Source: a virus (lineage: Duplodnaviria; Caudoviricetes). Taken from it: 64,000 nt of DNA. Location of the stretch: IMG/VR virus record IMGVR_UViG_3300043432_000485, positions 128,001-192,000 of that record; one strand, given 5' to 3'. The notes under the pieces were generated by a model. It saw only the letters and a list, made by a program, of their open reading frames with translations, made no database searches and was not told the origin of the DNA. Of the stretch, positions 31,401 to 40,400 are shown piece by piece. Numbering within the stretch: position 1 is the first letter of the stretch; every line of letters begins with the position of its first letter. The position numbers were made by a program, and so were the translations under genes.

Positions 31401-31690
31401 GTTCCCTTGATGAGCTTACGCATGTCCTTTAGGACGTCGATGTCCTTCTGGATGCTGGCACCCAAGGTTCGATAATGGGTGGTGAGTTCCTTGACTCCCT
31501 GGTCCTGCTTACGCATCCCCTGCACATGGCGGATGAACTTCATCATCCCCTTGTCGAGCTTGGTGGTCTCCTTCTCCGCATCCTTCATGCGCTTAGTGAA
31601 GCCCTTAGTGAAACGGCTGATCTCCTTGACCGCGTTGCCGGGGGAGACGCCAATCTCAAACTCTAGTAAGGTCTTGTCTTTTGCCGCCAC
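28403..31690 (-). CDS. Tail tape measure protein
   Basis: 1095-aa Ala/Lys-rich helical ORF after the tube and chaperones. At the usual ~0.15 nm per residue this implies a tail of very roughly 160 nm (inference). Confidence 0.85.
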   Translation of the reverse strand: MAAKDKTLLEFEIGVSPGNAVKEISRFTKGFTKRMKDAEKETTKLDKGMMKFIRHVQGMRKQDQGVKELTTHYRTLGASIQKDIDVLKDMRKLIKGTTGEERKQAFARIRAFQEAAKTREKIQAQGTGDDPASGTVKAALKDANESAFNMKELHDRAEEAGEALAEPLNEVFRKDAPAMFKRYSSLLAMGLDKTVGKLAGKLQKGVEAGGGALGRHGDRLMAKGGAAKAAGMGLKGLEGISKVLSPILGTFAKLGPILSVASSFMMSFVKIMIDAESAAKDYNKQLLSTTGTSEFLNKGMRNVGAGAEALQESLDSARDGAMAFSNVQWGISKDTAVAFQSALTAEGVSLSKLGDETKIATGYAKDHASVIQMGVAYSRAFGVSLNEISQLQGEMMSDMGASLDSVQASFQDMVKSANQAGIASNKFFGIIRSFSADLTLFTLRMEELTGVMKTLGKTMDPREASKFLHTISSKFSGGLADNLKHTVVAGPEKVRARAQEDLNDRLSGLGDDIASALGRNQPGTKDATQEILDLIKNPKRDPRAIAKWQAKYQTKISGPIMSSLLDAANMQVKLASGNEIDTASIIDQLSPLAKMDVTQDEVKRLTGKGFDQLSGLDLLAVEQAGIASAQEIRAYQKYTQGIITAQEDLIARVESGNVTQDDIAQLAKLNIKYDQSNTADTVAGIREAIQKDPGNKKFVASMNDNQKKLLSDSATEIDYQKETSGFQTSALDKIGIIADILMNQIYNIMTGIWESIGGLTDLISELVHFMTAGAFGRSAKEQAFQKEQIAAAKTKNAGIMAAFAGANGDLTKAKNTAVDTVGAALLKQLPDIVKEFGKVTQELETEKGIMGPGRDNDKIAALEAKKKALAGAVAYSGTTKKSLYSMEGGAHQTFETLNNLEKAVKTAQAAGVGHAAPGTSPAAAVAATHPAVVEAAKEAPTATQQAATVSGIQDVNRTMETSGIKIDKSTITGPLGDTMAKSVYDGASQALFEYYMYSGLDRKSVAASISAGVDPRGIQQMGRYGVDPATALSSLTESAGYKGPAGGYTPAGGNAAVASAGNMNVQLELKGDLKQFIKARVVEGAAEHDRNKRLR

Positions 31691-31696
31691 TGCTGG

Positions 31697-32971
31697 TTAC
31701 CTTCTGAAGGGGGTCGTTGGGGTACGGGGTCTGACATTCAAAGGCACCGCATTCGTGGTATCCCGATCTGTAGTGGAGACTTCCGACGAAACCCCCTCCG
31801 AACCGATCATGCCCCACCTATCCAAAAACTGTTCCGTACGCTCGTCCGGAGCCTCCGGATGAACCTGTGCGCGTGAGGCGGCCTGTGCCTGTAGTTGCTT
31901 CCTCCGAGCGATGCGCTCCATCACCTGTGCCTGGGTAAGCCCTTCTATAGATGAAGTGCCGACAACCGAGTGATCACCAAACTGCGCAGCACTTCCTTTC
32001 GCGGCTTCCTCCAACTGTTGCTGCCGAGCGTTGTACCTGTTGCGGATCCTGGCCTCGTGCTCCTCAATGACCTTGTCGTGCCAATCCTTCTCCCCTTTTA
32101 GGTCGTTCTCCAGCTGCACGGCCAGCTCTTCTACCGTCTTGGGAGCCATGACGATCATCCCGGACTTTTCCAGCTTGGATTTGGGGCGTTCTCCGAGAAC
32201 TACCTCCCGCAGAATCCGATCCTTTCTGGCTACCCTCTCCTCCCGATCCTTTCGACGGCGCTCCACATCTTGGGAGTACAGCTTAGACAGCCCCTTACCA
32301 GCGAAGCAAGATCCGATGAACTTGGAGTTCTCCCAATCCCTCTCATGCTCCTCGTTGCGGTCCTCTACATGGTTGAGGGCACGCCAAAGCTGCTGTGCCC
32401 AGTTCAATCCTAGGCGTTGGGTGCCATCGATCCCGGTCACCGCTGTGCTAGTGAGGTCCAGGCCTTTCAGCTGCAGCCAGCGATAGCGAGAAGCCATTTC
32501 CATCGAATAAGCTTCCGTGAGCTGCACCGCGTTAGCGGCGCGTCGATTCAGCTCGCTTATGTGTCTAACGATCCTGGCCAACGAATCCTGAGGCAAAGCC
32601 GAAAAGGTTGCCACCTGGTGAGGTATCTGTCGGTCACGATCCGGTAACACGTTGATCCCATCAACCATGAACACGGCGTAGGCCAGGAACGTGCACCAGA
32701 ACTTGGATGATGCGAACTGAAATCCCCCACTGAAATGCAGCAACTCCATCTCGTGATGGTTGAGGCTCTTGAACACGAAATGGATGTTGTTGATCTCCGC
32801 AGCCACCGTCAGAAAGCCGCGATAGAGTATGGGTTCCACGTCTTTGTAAACCTCAGGGTTTACCTCCGGGTCCTTCGGAGGAGCGATGTGGATCTCACCG
32901 CTAGAACCTCCTTCGTACTCAGCCTTGAGCTTGGCCTGCTCCTCCTCGTATGTGGCTAGCTTGTCGCCCAT
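31697..32971 (-). CDS. Tail assembly chaperone-like protein 2
   Basis: EINNIHFVFKSLNHHE...LAYAVFMVDGINV resembles gpG-type chaperones; immediately upstream of the tape measure. Confidence 0.55.
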   Translation of the reverse strand: MGDKLATYEEEQAKLKAEYEGGSSGEIHIAPPKDPEVNPEVYKDVEPILYRGFLTVAAEINNIHFVFKSLNHHEMELLHFSGGFQFASSKFWCTFLAYAVFMVDGINVLPDRDRQIPHQVATFSALPQDSLARIVRHISELNRRAANAVQLTEAYSMEMASRYRWLQLKGLDLTSTAVTGIDGTQRLGLNWAQQLWRALNHVEDRNEEHERDWENSKFIGSCFAGKGLSKLYSQDVERRRKDREERVARKDRILREVVLGERPKSKLEKSGMIVMAPKTVEELAVQLENDLKGEKDWHDKVIEEHEARIRNRYNARQQQLEEAAKGSAAQFGDHSVVGTSSIEGLTQAQVMERIARRKQLQAQAASRAQVHPEAPDERTEQFLDRWGMIGSEGVSSEVSTTDRDTTNAVPLNVRPRTPTTPFRR

Positions 32972-32973
32972 GT

Positions 32974-33660
32974 CTACTCAACCCGAGATAACTGAGTCTC
33001 ATGAGGGCAGTACCCTATTTGGCTTCTTACGTGATTGCAGTTATGACACAGCACTCTATACCCATCTGGGTACGAGTTAATTTTCAACCAACGAAGCTGC
33101 CCCTGTCCGTTTCCGGTAACAGTTCTGCGATGCTGACCACCACCCCCATGAATATGATCTATGGTTAGTGCTCTCATTTCTATATAGCCACAACAGGCAC
33201 ACTTCAATTCTGGGCTGTAATGAGATAGCACCTCTAGCCTAAGAGAGTGGTAGTAGGCCTTCTGAAACCCTTGTTTCCAACTTTCTACCCGGACCAAATG
33301 GTTACAATTATGACACAGGACTCTGAGCCCTTTGGGGTATCCAGAGCCCCTTAGACTGCGCAAAAAGCTGACGCCCGTTCCCCTCGCCTTGCGATCTCTT
33401 ACCCCCGCTCCGTTGCCAGCTTCATGATCCAGTACCAGGAACTCGTAGGTAGGCTCACTGCATAGGGCACAACAAAGATTTCCGTTGCTGTAATGGGACA
33501 GAGCCTCTAGCCTCAGCCCCTTGTACAATTCCCTCCAATACCCTAGGTTAGATGAATAGTACTGTTTGCAATAGGTATTGCGACATGATCTGCACTGAGC
33601 CCTTCCTGAAGGAAACTCGGAGGTGACTTTGTGCTCACCACATTTGGAGCAGGTCTTCAC
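32974..33660 (-). CDS. Putative homing endonuclease with two tandem HNH-type domains
   Basis: N-terminal CxxC...CxxC, then two copies of LRLExLSHYS...CxxC...LxxDH...YPxGxRVLCHNCNH; AT-richer than its flanks. Confidence 0.8.
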   Translation of the reverse strand: MKTCSKCGEHKVTSEFPSGRAQCRSCRNTYCKQYYSSNLGYWRELYKGLRLEALSHYSNGNLCCALCSEPTYEFLVLDHEAGNGAGVRDRKARGTGVSFLRSLRGSGYPKGLRVLCHNCNHLVRVESWKQGFQKAYYHSLRLEVLSHYSPELKCACCGYIEMRALTIDHIHGGGGQHRRTVTGNGQGQLRWLKINSYPDGYRVLCHNCNHVRSQIGYCPHETQLSRVE

Positions 33661-34715
33661 ACTTTTGGCCCAGGGCGAAACTTTGGGTTGATTCCGGCGG
33701 CCGGGGGCTTATCTAAGATGGCCGCTACAACTTTGACGTCTACAGGGGCCTGCTTGCGAATCTCCACCACCTCGGTAGCAGCTTCTGGATGCAGTGAATA
33801 AGCCTCCGGCACCCGCCCTTCCTCCAAAGCAGCAATCTGGGAAGCCCTAGACACAGCAGGCGCCTCTTGCGACTTGACAACCGGTGGAGGCTCAGAAACG
33901 CGGCGATTGGCAATTGCTTGCTGGAAAGTTGCATGAGGGTCAACCACGGGAGAACGTGTCCCTTGGTTCAGAGGGCGCCTGACCGTTGGCTCAGGCTCGG
34001 GCTCCGGATAAGGCTCAGGAAGGGGCTCAGAAGCCTGCCTGGCTGGCAGTGGAGGAGACTCTGGCTCGGGTGGGGACGTGGGCTCACTGCCAAGGTCCTT
34101 GGCCAACTGAGCGGTTTTTTCCTCAACCCTCCGCAGCTCCTCAGCAGACGCTTTGCGAGTGAGCCCGATGTCCTCCAAGATGGTGTCGATCATGGTGTCC
34201 GGGATCTCAGCCTCGCACGCCTTGGCCTCTAGCAAGAGCCTACGATACTTCTCCTCGTTGGACTCCTCAGGCAGGAGGAAGTTGATCCCCTCCTTAGCCT
34301 TGCGCTCGGCCATCTCGATGACGTCGTAGAACTTCCGCATGGCCGTGTAGATGGACTCCAGGCTCCATGAGTTCAGCATGTGAGTCATCAAGTACTGGTG
34401 CAGCTCCAGTTTCACCTTCTTGGGCTGATGCGTCTTCGGGTCCTCTTCCTCTACTTCCACGAAATCGACGTCTCGCAGGTCTACTCCGTTGACCGATACG
34501 ATCGCCCGAGACAGATGGGCCTTCTGGTAGGCATGCATGTACGCTCTGCCTGCCTCAGTGCCCTGGCAATCTTGCTCGGCAGCAACGTATTGCTCCGGGC
34601 GCAAGTTGCGGAGCACAAGCTCGCAATCCTCAATTGTGAACGTCTCTTCCACCAGGCCCACATTGCGGGCCTTGGCTAGAGCGGTGTGAAGTTTCTTGGC
34701 TGCGATTGTCGACAT
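33657..34715 (-). CDS. Tail assembly chaperone-like protein 1 with Pro/Glu-rich C-terminal tail
   Basis: FTIEDCELVLRNLRPE...LSRAIVSVNGVDL; directly downstream of the tube gene; PEPEPEP low-complexity tail. Confidence 0.6.
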   Translation of the reverse strand: MSTIAAKKLHTALAKARNVGLVEETFTIEDCELVLRNLRPEQYVAAEQDCQGTEAGRAYMHAYQKAHLSRAIVSVNGVDLRDVDFVEVEEEDPKTHQPKKVKLELHQYLMTHMLNSWSLESIYTAMRKFYDVIEMAERKAKEGINFLLPEESNEEKYRRLLLEAKACEAEIPDTMIDTILEDIGLTRKASAEELRRVEEKTAQLAKDLGSEPTSPPEPESPPLPARQASEPLPEPYPEPEPEPTVRRPLNQGTRSPVVDPHATFQQAIANRRVSEPPPVVKSQEAPAVSRASQIAALEEGRVPEAYSLHPEAATEVVEIRKQAPVDVKVVAAILDKPPAAGINPKFRPGPKV

Positions 34716-34718
34716 GTT

Positions 34719-34742
34719 ATCCTCATCTGGGAAGAAGAGGAT
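34719..34742 (-). promoter_or_regulatory. Hairpin pairing the Shine-Dalgarno of the chaperone-1 gene
   Basis: mRNA AUCCUC-U-UCU-UCCC-AGA-U-GAGGAU-AAC-AUG: 6 bp, a U.U mismatch and 3 bp, with GAGGA inside the stem. Confidence 0.45.
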
Positions 34743-34895
34743 GACAGCGCTGGAAACTGAGGACGTGATCTAAATCTGGGTCTGGGACTTCTCAACTACA
34801 GGGAGAAATGCACATGTTTGGTTTGATCTAATCTGTTCACATCTAGTTCGTTACGCCGTCACCCGTATCAACCGTTCAGGGCCTGGAGAATCCCG

Positions 34896-35606
34896 TCAGA
34901 CCGGGACGACCGTGTTGGAGTTGTTTGCGAAGCGAAGAGAGAAGCCTTTGCCAGGACCACCGTTGGCAGACACAGGAGCAAGGCCCGAGTCAATGAACTC
35001 GCCGTATTGCGATACACCATCGATGATGTCCGTGACGGTGACCGAGCTGGTCTCCGCTACGATAGCTGAGTCGCTGGCGTAGGAGGCTCCGTACTGGTTG
35101 AACCAGCAGCCCTCAAAGAAGGTCAGCAAGGCGCGGGGAACAACAATCGGGTTGTCAGCAGCCGTCGGACCCGTGGTCACGGTAGCGGTGACAGACGAGG
35201 TGTTGGGATCCTGCAAAGAGGTCAACTCCGAGAACACCAGCTCCTGCTTGATGTCGAAGGGCCAACGGTGGTGACGCAAGCTGCGCACCAAACCATCGAC
35301 ACCACCCTTGTAGCCAACGATCTGAAACAGGTTGGCATTGTAGAGCAGGGTCTTGTTCAGCGTCAAGGTCATAGCCTCAGTGACACCGGGCACCAGCTCA
35401 GCGATCTGATCGCCGTAACCAACGCCACGGATCGGGTCAACCGCACGACTCTCGTCATGGCTGAACTCGCTGATCACTCCGAGCTGTTGAAAGCCGCCTA
35501 CACCGACCGTGTAGCCGTAGATCTTGTTCTTCTGGGATACAGCAGCTCTCGTATTGGGAGCAGTTCCCATACGATAAATGTAGTTCGAAGTTGTCACGTT
35601 TGCCAT
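34896..35606 (-). CDS. Tail tube protein (contractile tail, gp19-like)
   Basis: IGVISEFSHDESR-type region, ELVPGVTEAMTLTLNKTLLY, PFDIKQELVFS and FEGCWF...YASDSAIVAETSSVTVTDI are typical myophage tube motifs. Confidence 0.8.
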   Translation of the reverse strand: MANVTTSNYIYRMGTAPNTRAAVSQKNKIYGYTVGVGGFQQLGVISEFSHDESRAVDPIRGVGYGDQIAELVPGVTEAMTLTLNKTLLYNANLFQIVGYKGGVDGLVRSLRHHRWPFDIKQELVFSELTSLQDPNTSSVTATVTTGPTAADNPIVVPRALLTFFEGCWFNQYGASYASDSAIVAETSSVTVTDIIDGVSQYGEFIDSGLAPVSANGGPGKGFSLRFANNSNTVVPV

Positions 35607-35617
35607 ATTTTCCCTCT

Positions 35618-36430
35618 TTACGTACCAAGCATTACTAGGATTGAACGAGTACCCTTACGGGAATTACAAAACCGGCACGCCGGCACAACGTTATCCGCGG
35701 TATGAGTACCACCGCGCGACAATGGCACCATATGATCCATTGTCATCTCCTCACTAGAAGATAGGCAATAAGCACAACTTCGATTAAAGTAGTCAAGTAC
35801 CTGCAGCCACTCATTAGATGTTAGAGTGGCGTCGGCAGCCAGCTTCCTAGCCCTACGTTTCTGATTGATCGCATTTATTGCCTGATTGTTCTCTTTGGCC
35901 CAGCGGTAGAACCACTGGTCATGGCGCTCTTTGTTCTCTGGGTTCGCATACCACTCACGGGATCGCTTAGCCGCAGCTTCGCGTTCCTCTGGAGTCCAAT
36001 CTTTAGCAGACCACGTCGCTCGCCGCTTTGCGTTGTGATCTTCCCTGTGCTCATCGGTCCAATCACGGGTGTATTGCCGTTCACACACGCGACACCAAGA
36101 TGATCTTCCGTAGAGCCCTCTTTCAGTCTCACGAAATTCTCTGAGGTTCTTCTCAACCCTGCATTGAGAGCACGGCTTGGCCAAAACTTGGCCTTCTAGC
36201 GCCGCCTTTGCCTCTTCCCTAGCCTTCACGCGAGCGTCTTTGACTTGCCGATGCTGATCTGGGTTTTCACGACGCAGCTTGTTGTCTGCAACGGTGCAGC
36301 GCTTGCAGAGTGTCGAGTTGATCCGGCCATCCTTCAAGTAGAAGGCCTCTGCCCTCAGCTCGTTTCTACAGCCCTCACATATCCTTGACTCAACTCCGGC
36401 CAAGCTACGGATTCCAACCACTGCACCCAT
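35618..36430 (-). CDS. HNH homing endonuclease with N-terminal Zn fingers
   Basis: CAYC...TMDHMVPLSRGGTHTADNVVPACRFCNSRKG, a canonical HNH motif. Confidence 0.9.
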   Translation of the reverse strand: MGAVVGIRSLAGVESRICEGCRNELRAEAFYLKDGRINSTLCKRCTVADNKLRRENPDQHRQVKDARVKAREEAKAALEGQVLAKPCSQCRVEKNLREFRETERGLYGRSSWCRVCERQYTRDWTDEHREDHNAKRRATWSAKDWTPEEREAAAKRSREWYANPENKERHDQWFYRWAKENNQAINAINQKRRARKLAADATLTSNEWLQVLDYFNRSCAYCLSSSEEMTMDHMVPLSRGGTHTADNVVPACRFCNSRKGTRSILVMLGT

Positions 36431-36451
36431 TTCTACAGTTACACCAAGGGG

Positions 36452-37036
36452 TTAGGACGTGGGGAACAAGCTCTGGATCTCGGATGCTTTGGCAGCAAGA
36501 TCAGAAAGGTCGTTGCCAACCCACGGTTGTGCCAGGTCAACGTTCTGCGCAATTTCCGCCACACGAGAGGCAATCTTGAGCAGGTCCTGCTTGGCTCGGA
36601 CCGAATTGAAGCGCTTCCCCGCGGCCACCAGCCGGTTGACGGCTTCATCGGTGGCCGCTACTTTGGCCACGATTTCCTCGGCCAACTCTACGTGAGCAGC
36701 AAAGGTGTCATAGGATGCAGACTTGAGCATGGTATTCTCCAGGGCCGAAGGCCTATGATTTGGCCTCCCCATAAGTGGGTTAGTAGACGAATAGCGGGAC
36801 CTTTTGAAAGGCAGTAGAGACCATAGACGATCGAGGTCCACAGCCATCATGACCTGCTTGTCCCGCAAGAAGGAATCGAGAGTTTGACGGGCAACGCGCG
36901 CCGAGCGCGTCAGGTTTGAGACGAGCTTCAGGACCGAAACCGGTCCGAGAGTGTACTTCTGACCGTCGGGCATCTGGACGAAGTCCACAAACCCGTCCGT
37001 CCCAAAGGTGACCATAGCTTTGCGCCCGTCTGGCAT
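36452..37036 (-). CDS. Hypothetical protein
   Basis: Clean 194-aa ORF with an AGGT RBS and operon-like codon usage. Confidence 0.65.
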   Translation of the reverse strand: MPDGRKAMVTFGTDGFVDFVQMPDGQKYTLGPVSVLKLVSNLTRSARVARQTLDSFLRDKQVMMAVDLDRLWSLLPFKRSRYSSTNPLMGRPNHRPSALENTMLKSASYDTFAAHVELAEEIVAKVAATDEAVNRLVAAGKRFNSVRAKQDLLKIASRVAEIAQNVDLAQPWVGNDLSDLAAKASEIQSLFPTS

Positions 37037-37074
37037 CTACCCTAGCGGCTGCACTAGTAGAAGCTCAGGGCACT

Positions 37075-37464
37075 TCACCAGGTCACGAACCTACCGGCCT
37101 CGATGTCATCCTCATGGGTGTCATAGTCCTCCATGCAGTCCTCGATCCGGTCCTTCAAGTTGTCGCGCCAACCTTTGACGCGCTTGACCATGGGAGCTTT
37201 GCCAGGCTTGAGCTGCTTGCCCTTACGAAAGCTGTACAGCTGGACCTTGATGGGCGTCTCTCCAACGTCTTTGACAACCCCAGACCCGGCTGGGATGGAT
37301 GACCATACACGAACCCCTGTGGTGGGGCTGAGCCCCAAGTCGAACACGTAATTCCCCATCACCACCGTTTTCTTGGGGTGAAGGGCATAGAACGCCCTCT
37401 TGAGAAAGGTCTCCATCTCTTCCATGGTGACCTGCACATACTCGGCGGCGCGCTTATAGGTCAT
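37075..37464 (-). CDS. Hypothetical protein
   Basis: 129-aa ORF coupled to the helicase stop by an ATGA overlap. Confidence 0.65.
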   Translation of the reverse strand: MTYKRAAEYVQVTMEEMETFLKRAFYALHPKKTVVMGNYVFDLGLSPTTGVRVWSSIPAGSGVVKDVGETPIKVQLYSFRKGKQLKPGKAPMVKRVKGWRDNLKDRIEDCMEDYDTHEDDIEAGRFVTW

Positions 37465-40400
37465 GACTGTCTCCTGTCGTATCCAGGCATGTCATCATCA
37501 GAAATGTCGATCTCGGAGCTGTACCGCTCGAACAACTCCTGGATGTCCGGGTCTAGAACCGCTGCAGTCTTGACGTCAACCTCGGGTGCCGGGGCGGGCT
37601 CTTTGGGAACGTTCTCCCCCATCTTCAGACCGGCCTCGAAGACGAACTGACTGATTCCTCCAGCTTTACCGCCAGTGCGCTCAGGACAGAGAATCTCAAG
37701 ATTCACCGCGGCGCGAGTGAGGGCCACATACGCAAGATTGCGCTCGGCCTTCATCTTCTCCGCCTCTTCAATCGGATCGGGCGGTGGCTCATCCTCCCTG
37801 GGCTTACGCTCCGGTGGGAATTTGCCCTTTGGCATGAGCACCGATACGTTGTTCCACTCTAGGCCCTTCACGCCATGGACAGTGGATAGAGTGATCGCAG
37901 GCGGCTTAGCGTGGCTACCAATCTTGGATTGCTCTCGCTCCCATTTGTCCGGGTCAATGCGCAGTGTCTCAGACAGCTTGGCGTACCGGGCAATCTTGGC
38001 CACGAAGCCTTGAGCAGTAGACGGATCGGTGTTGTTCTGCTCATCGTTGGCATTTGGTACCGCCAACTGGTACAGAAACTGTACCGCGCCCAGTCCCTTG
38101 CCTTGATCCTCTACTTCTTCCTTCTTGGGGGCGTTGAGGGTGCCCTCTTCGCTGATCTCCGGGGCTACCTCGGTCTCCTCCTCATCGTCATCATCGTCAT
38201 CGTCTGAGAAGATGGAGGTGTCATGCGTGATTTGTTCACGCAGAGTAGTGGTCGTTGTGAAGGCGCCTCGCCCACGCTCCCAGCCAGCTACCTTAGAGGG
38301 CATGCTGTCTAGGATGAAGTTCAATAATGACTTGGTGTCATTAACCCCGGACGCAATGAAGTCGTTCAGGTCCCGGAGATTACCCGCAAGGCCTCTGAGA
38401 TTCTCGGCAAGCTCATCTACACGCTTGCCATACATCCACTCGCCCGTCTTCCTGTCTTTGGCTGAGTTGACGATCTTGAGCTTGTACGTTTGCTTGAGGC
38501 GATCCGCCAAGTTTCGAACATTCTGCCGTTCTAGAAGAACCGTTGGGTTCACGGAACGGACGTCTACACGCTCGCGCCTAGCGACGTCATCTAGAGCCTC
38601 ATCAACCGCTTTCAGCACATCATCGGGACCCATGAACAGGCTCCGATCAGGCTTCATCAGCACAGCTACCAAGCTCTCTTTCATCTTCTCGTAGTTGCTG
38701 CCGGTGACGAGATCCATGTAACCCAGCACGGCTTTAGACTCAGGAGCTTCTAGGAAACCTTTGCCTCCGCGACGCACGTAGGGGATCTCATTGATGATGC
38801 ACGCCGTCTCGAAGTCGTTCAATTCTGCGTTGGTGCGAGCAAGCACCGCGTAGTTCTCAGGCTTAGCATCTTCAGTGGCGATGTCCTTAGCCACCCCACC
38901 GATCGTTGAGATTGCGGCATCCGTGTTGTCAGCCGGTGTCTCAACGATGATGGACGCCTTGCCTCTCTGTTTAGAAGGGTTGGCGCGAGCTTCCATCGGG
39001 ATGTTCCCGTCATTGTGCGCAACCAAGCGATTGGCAGCATCGACGATCTCCGCCTCACAGCGGTAGTTCGTCTTGATCATGCGCGTCTTCCAACCCGGCT
39101 TTCCATCTAGGCTGGTGAACAGCTCAGGGCGGGCGCCGCGGAACTGGTAGATGGCCTGCTTGTCGTCTCCGATCATCCACAAGGATTTACCGTCCGACCC
39201 ATCCCCAATGTGCTCGGTCAGCATATCGAAGATCTGGTGCTGAACCAAGTTCAGATCCTGGCACTCGTCAACCAGGAAGTGGTCAAACATCCCTTGGATC
39301 TTGGCCTTGGCGTTTGAGTCACGAGCAAGGATGCGCTTGAACACTTGGAGCATGTCGTCCAAATCTCCAAGACGCTCTCCCCCGGGGCGGTTCTTCTTCA
39401 TGAACCGATCATAAGACTCGGACATGCAGGGAGGGCGCCACCCAGGGAGGTCACCCTTAAGCCCCAAGTACATCTCATACCAAATGACAGCCTGAGCCTC
39501 CGCTTTGGAAGTAACACTCTTCTTGGCCGCATCCAACCCAATGTCATTGCCGCGCCATTTGTTCAGCAGCAAGCCAGCCTTCTTGGCCTTAGGCGGCTCC
39601 CGTACCCATTCGAGAGGGAAACCGTAACGGGCTGCCATCGCATCAGAGTCACAGTTCACCCACAAGTTGCGGATCGCAGTTGAGAGAGACGTAGGGGAGA
39701 TGGTCTTGGCGCCCTTTTTGGGTGGCGCGATCAGGCGGGGAGACTTGAGCATGGCCTGCTCTTCGGGAGTCCCGAAACCAGGATTCTGCTTGTCCCCTAC
39801 GATGAAGCGATAGAAGAGGCTGTGCATCGTGCCCACTTGCACGCTATCCGCACCCCCAAGCTTCTTGGCAATCTTGCCCTTCAGCTCATCGGCAGCCTTC
39901 TTGTTGAAGCTGCACGCTAGAATTCGGGAAGGATTGGCCTTGCGATCCTTCACCAGGTAGTCGATACGCGATACCAACGTGGTGGACTTGCCCGCGCCAG
40001 CGCCCGCGGCAACCAGCACTTTGCCATCGGTCAGGGCCGCTGCCAGCTGCTCAGGGTCAAGAGACTTCAGGGGCTCAGGGACGTTCGCTGGTGTCTGAGG
40101 ATTGCTCAACGCGGATGCGACAGCTGCTGCCGCGATACCGATCACCTCGGACTTCGTAGGGGCCACATCCGGCTCACCAGAAACGGACATGGAGCGAGCT
40201 GCCGCGTCGGTGGCTTTGGTCTGCACTTGGAGCAGAAGTTGATCGTGCTCATCAGCGGCTTCGCGACTTGCCTCAGACGCGGGCTCCGCACTTTGCTGCT
40301 GAGCCTTAGCGTCGAACAAGGCTGGGACATCGGCCGCCGCCTCGTTCGATCCAGCGGTCACTGCATTCTGAAACGTGCCCGATCCCGCCTGCTCCGAAGC

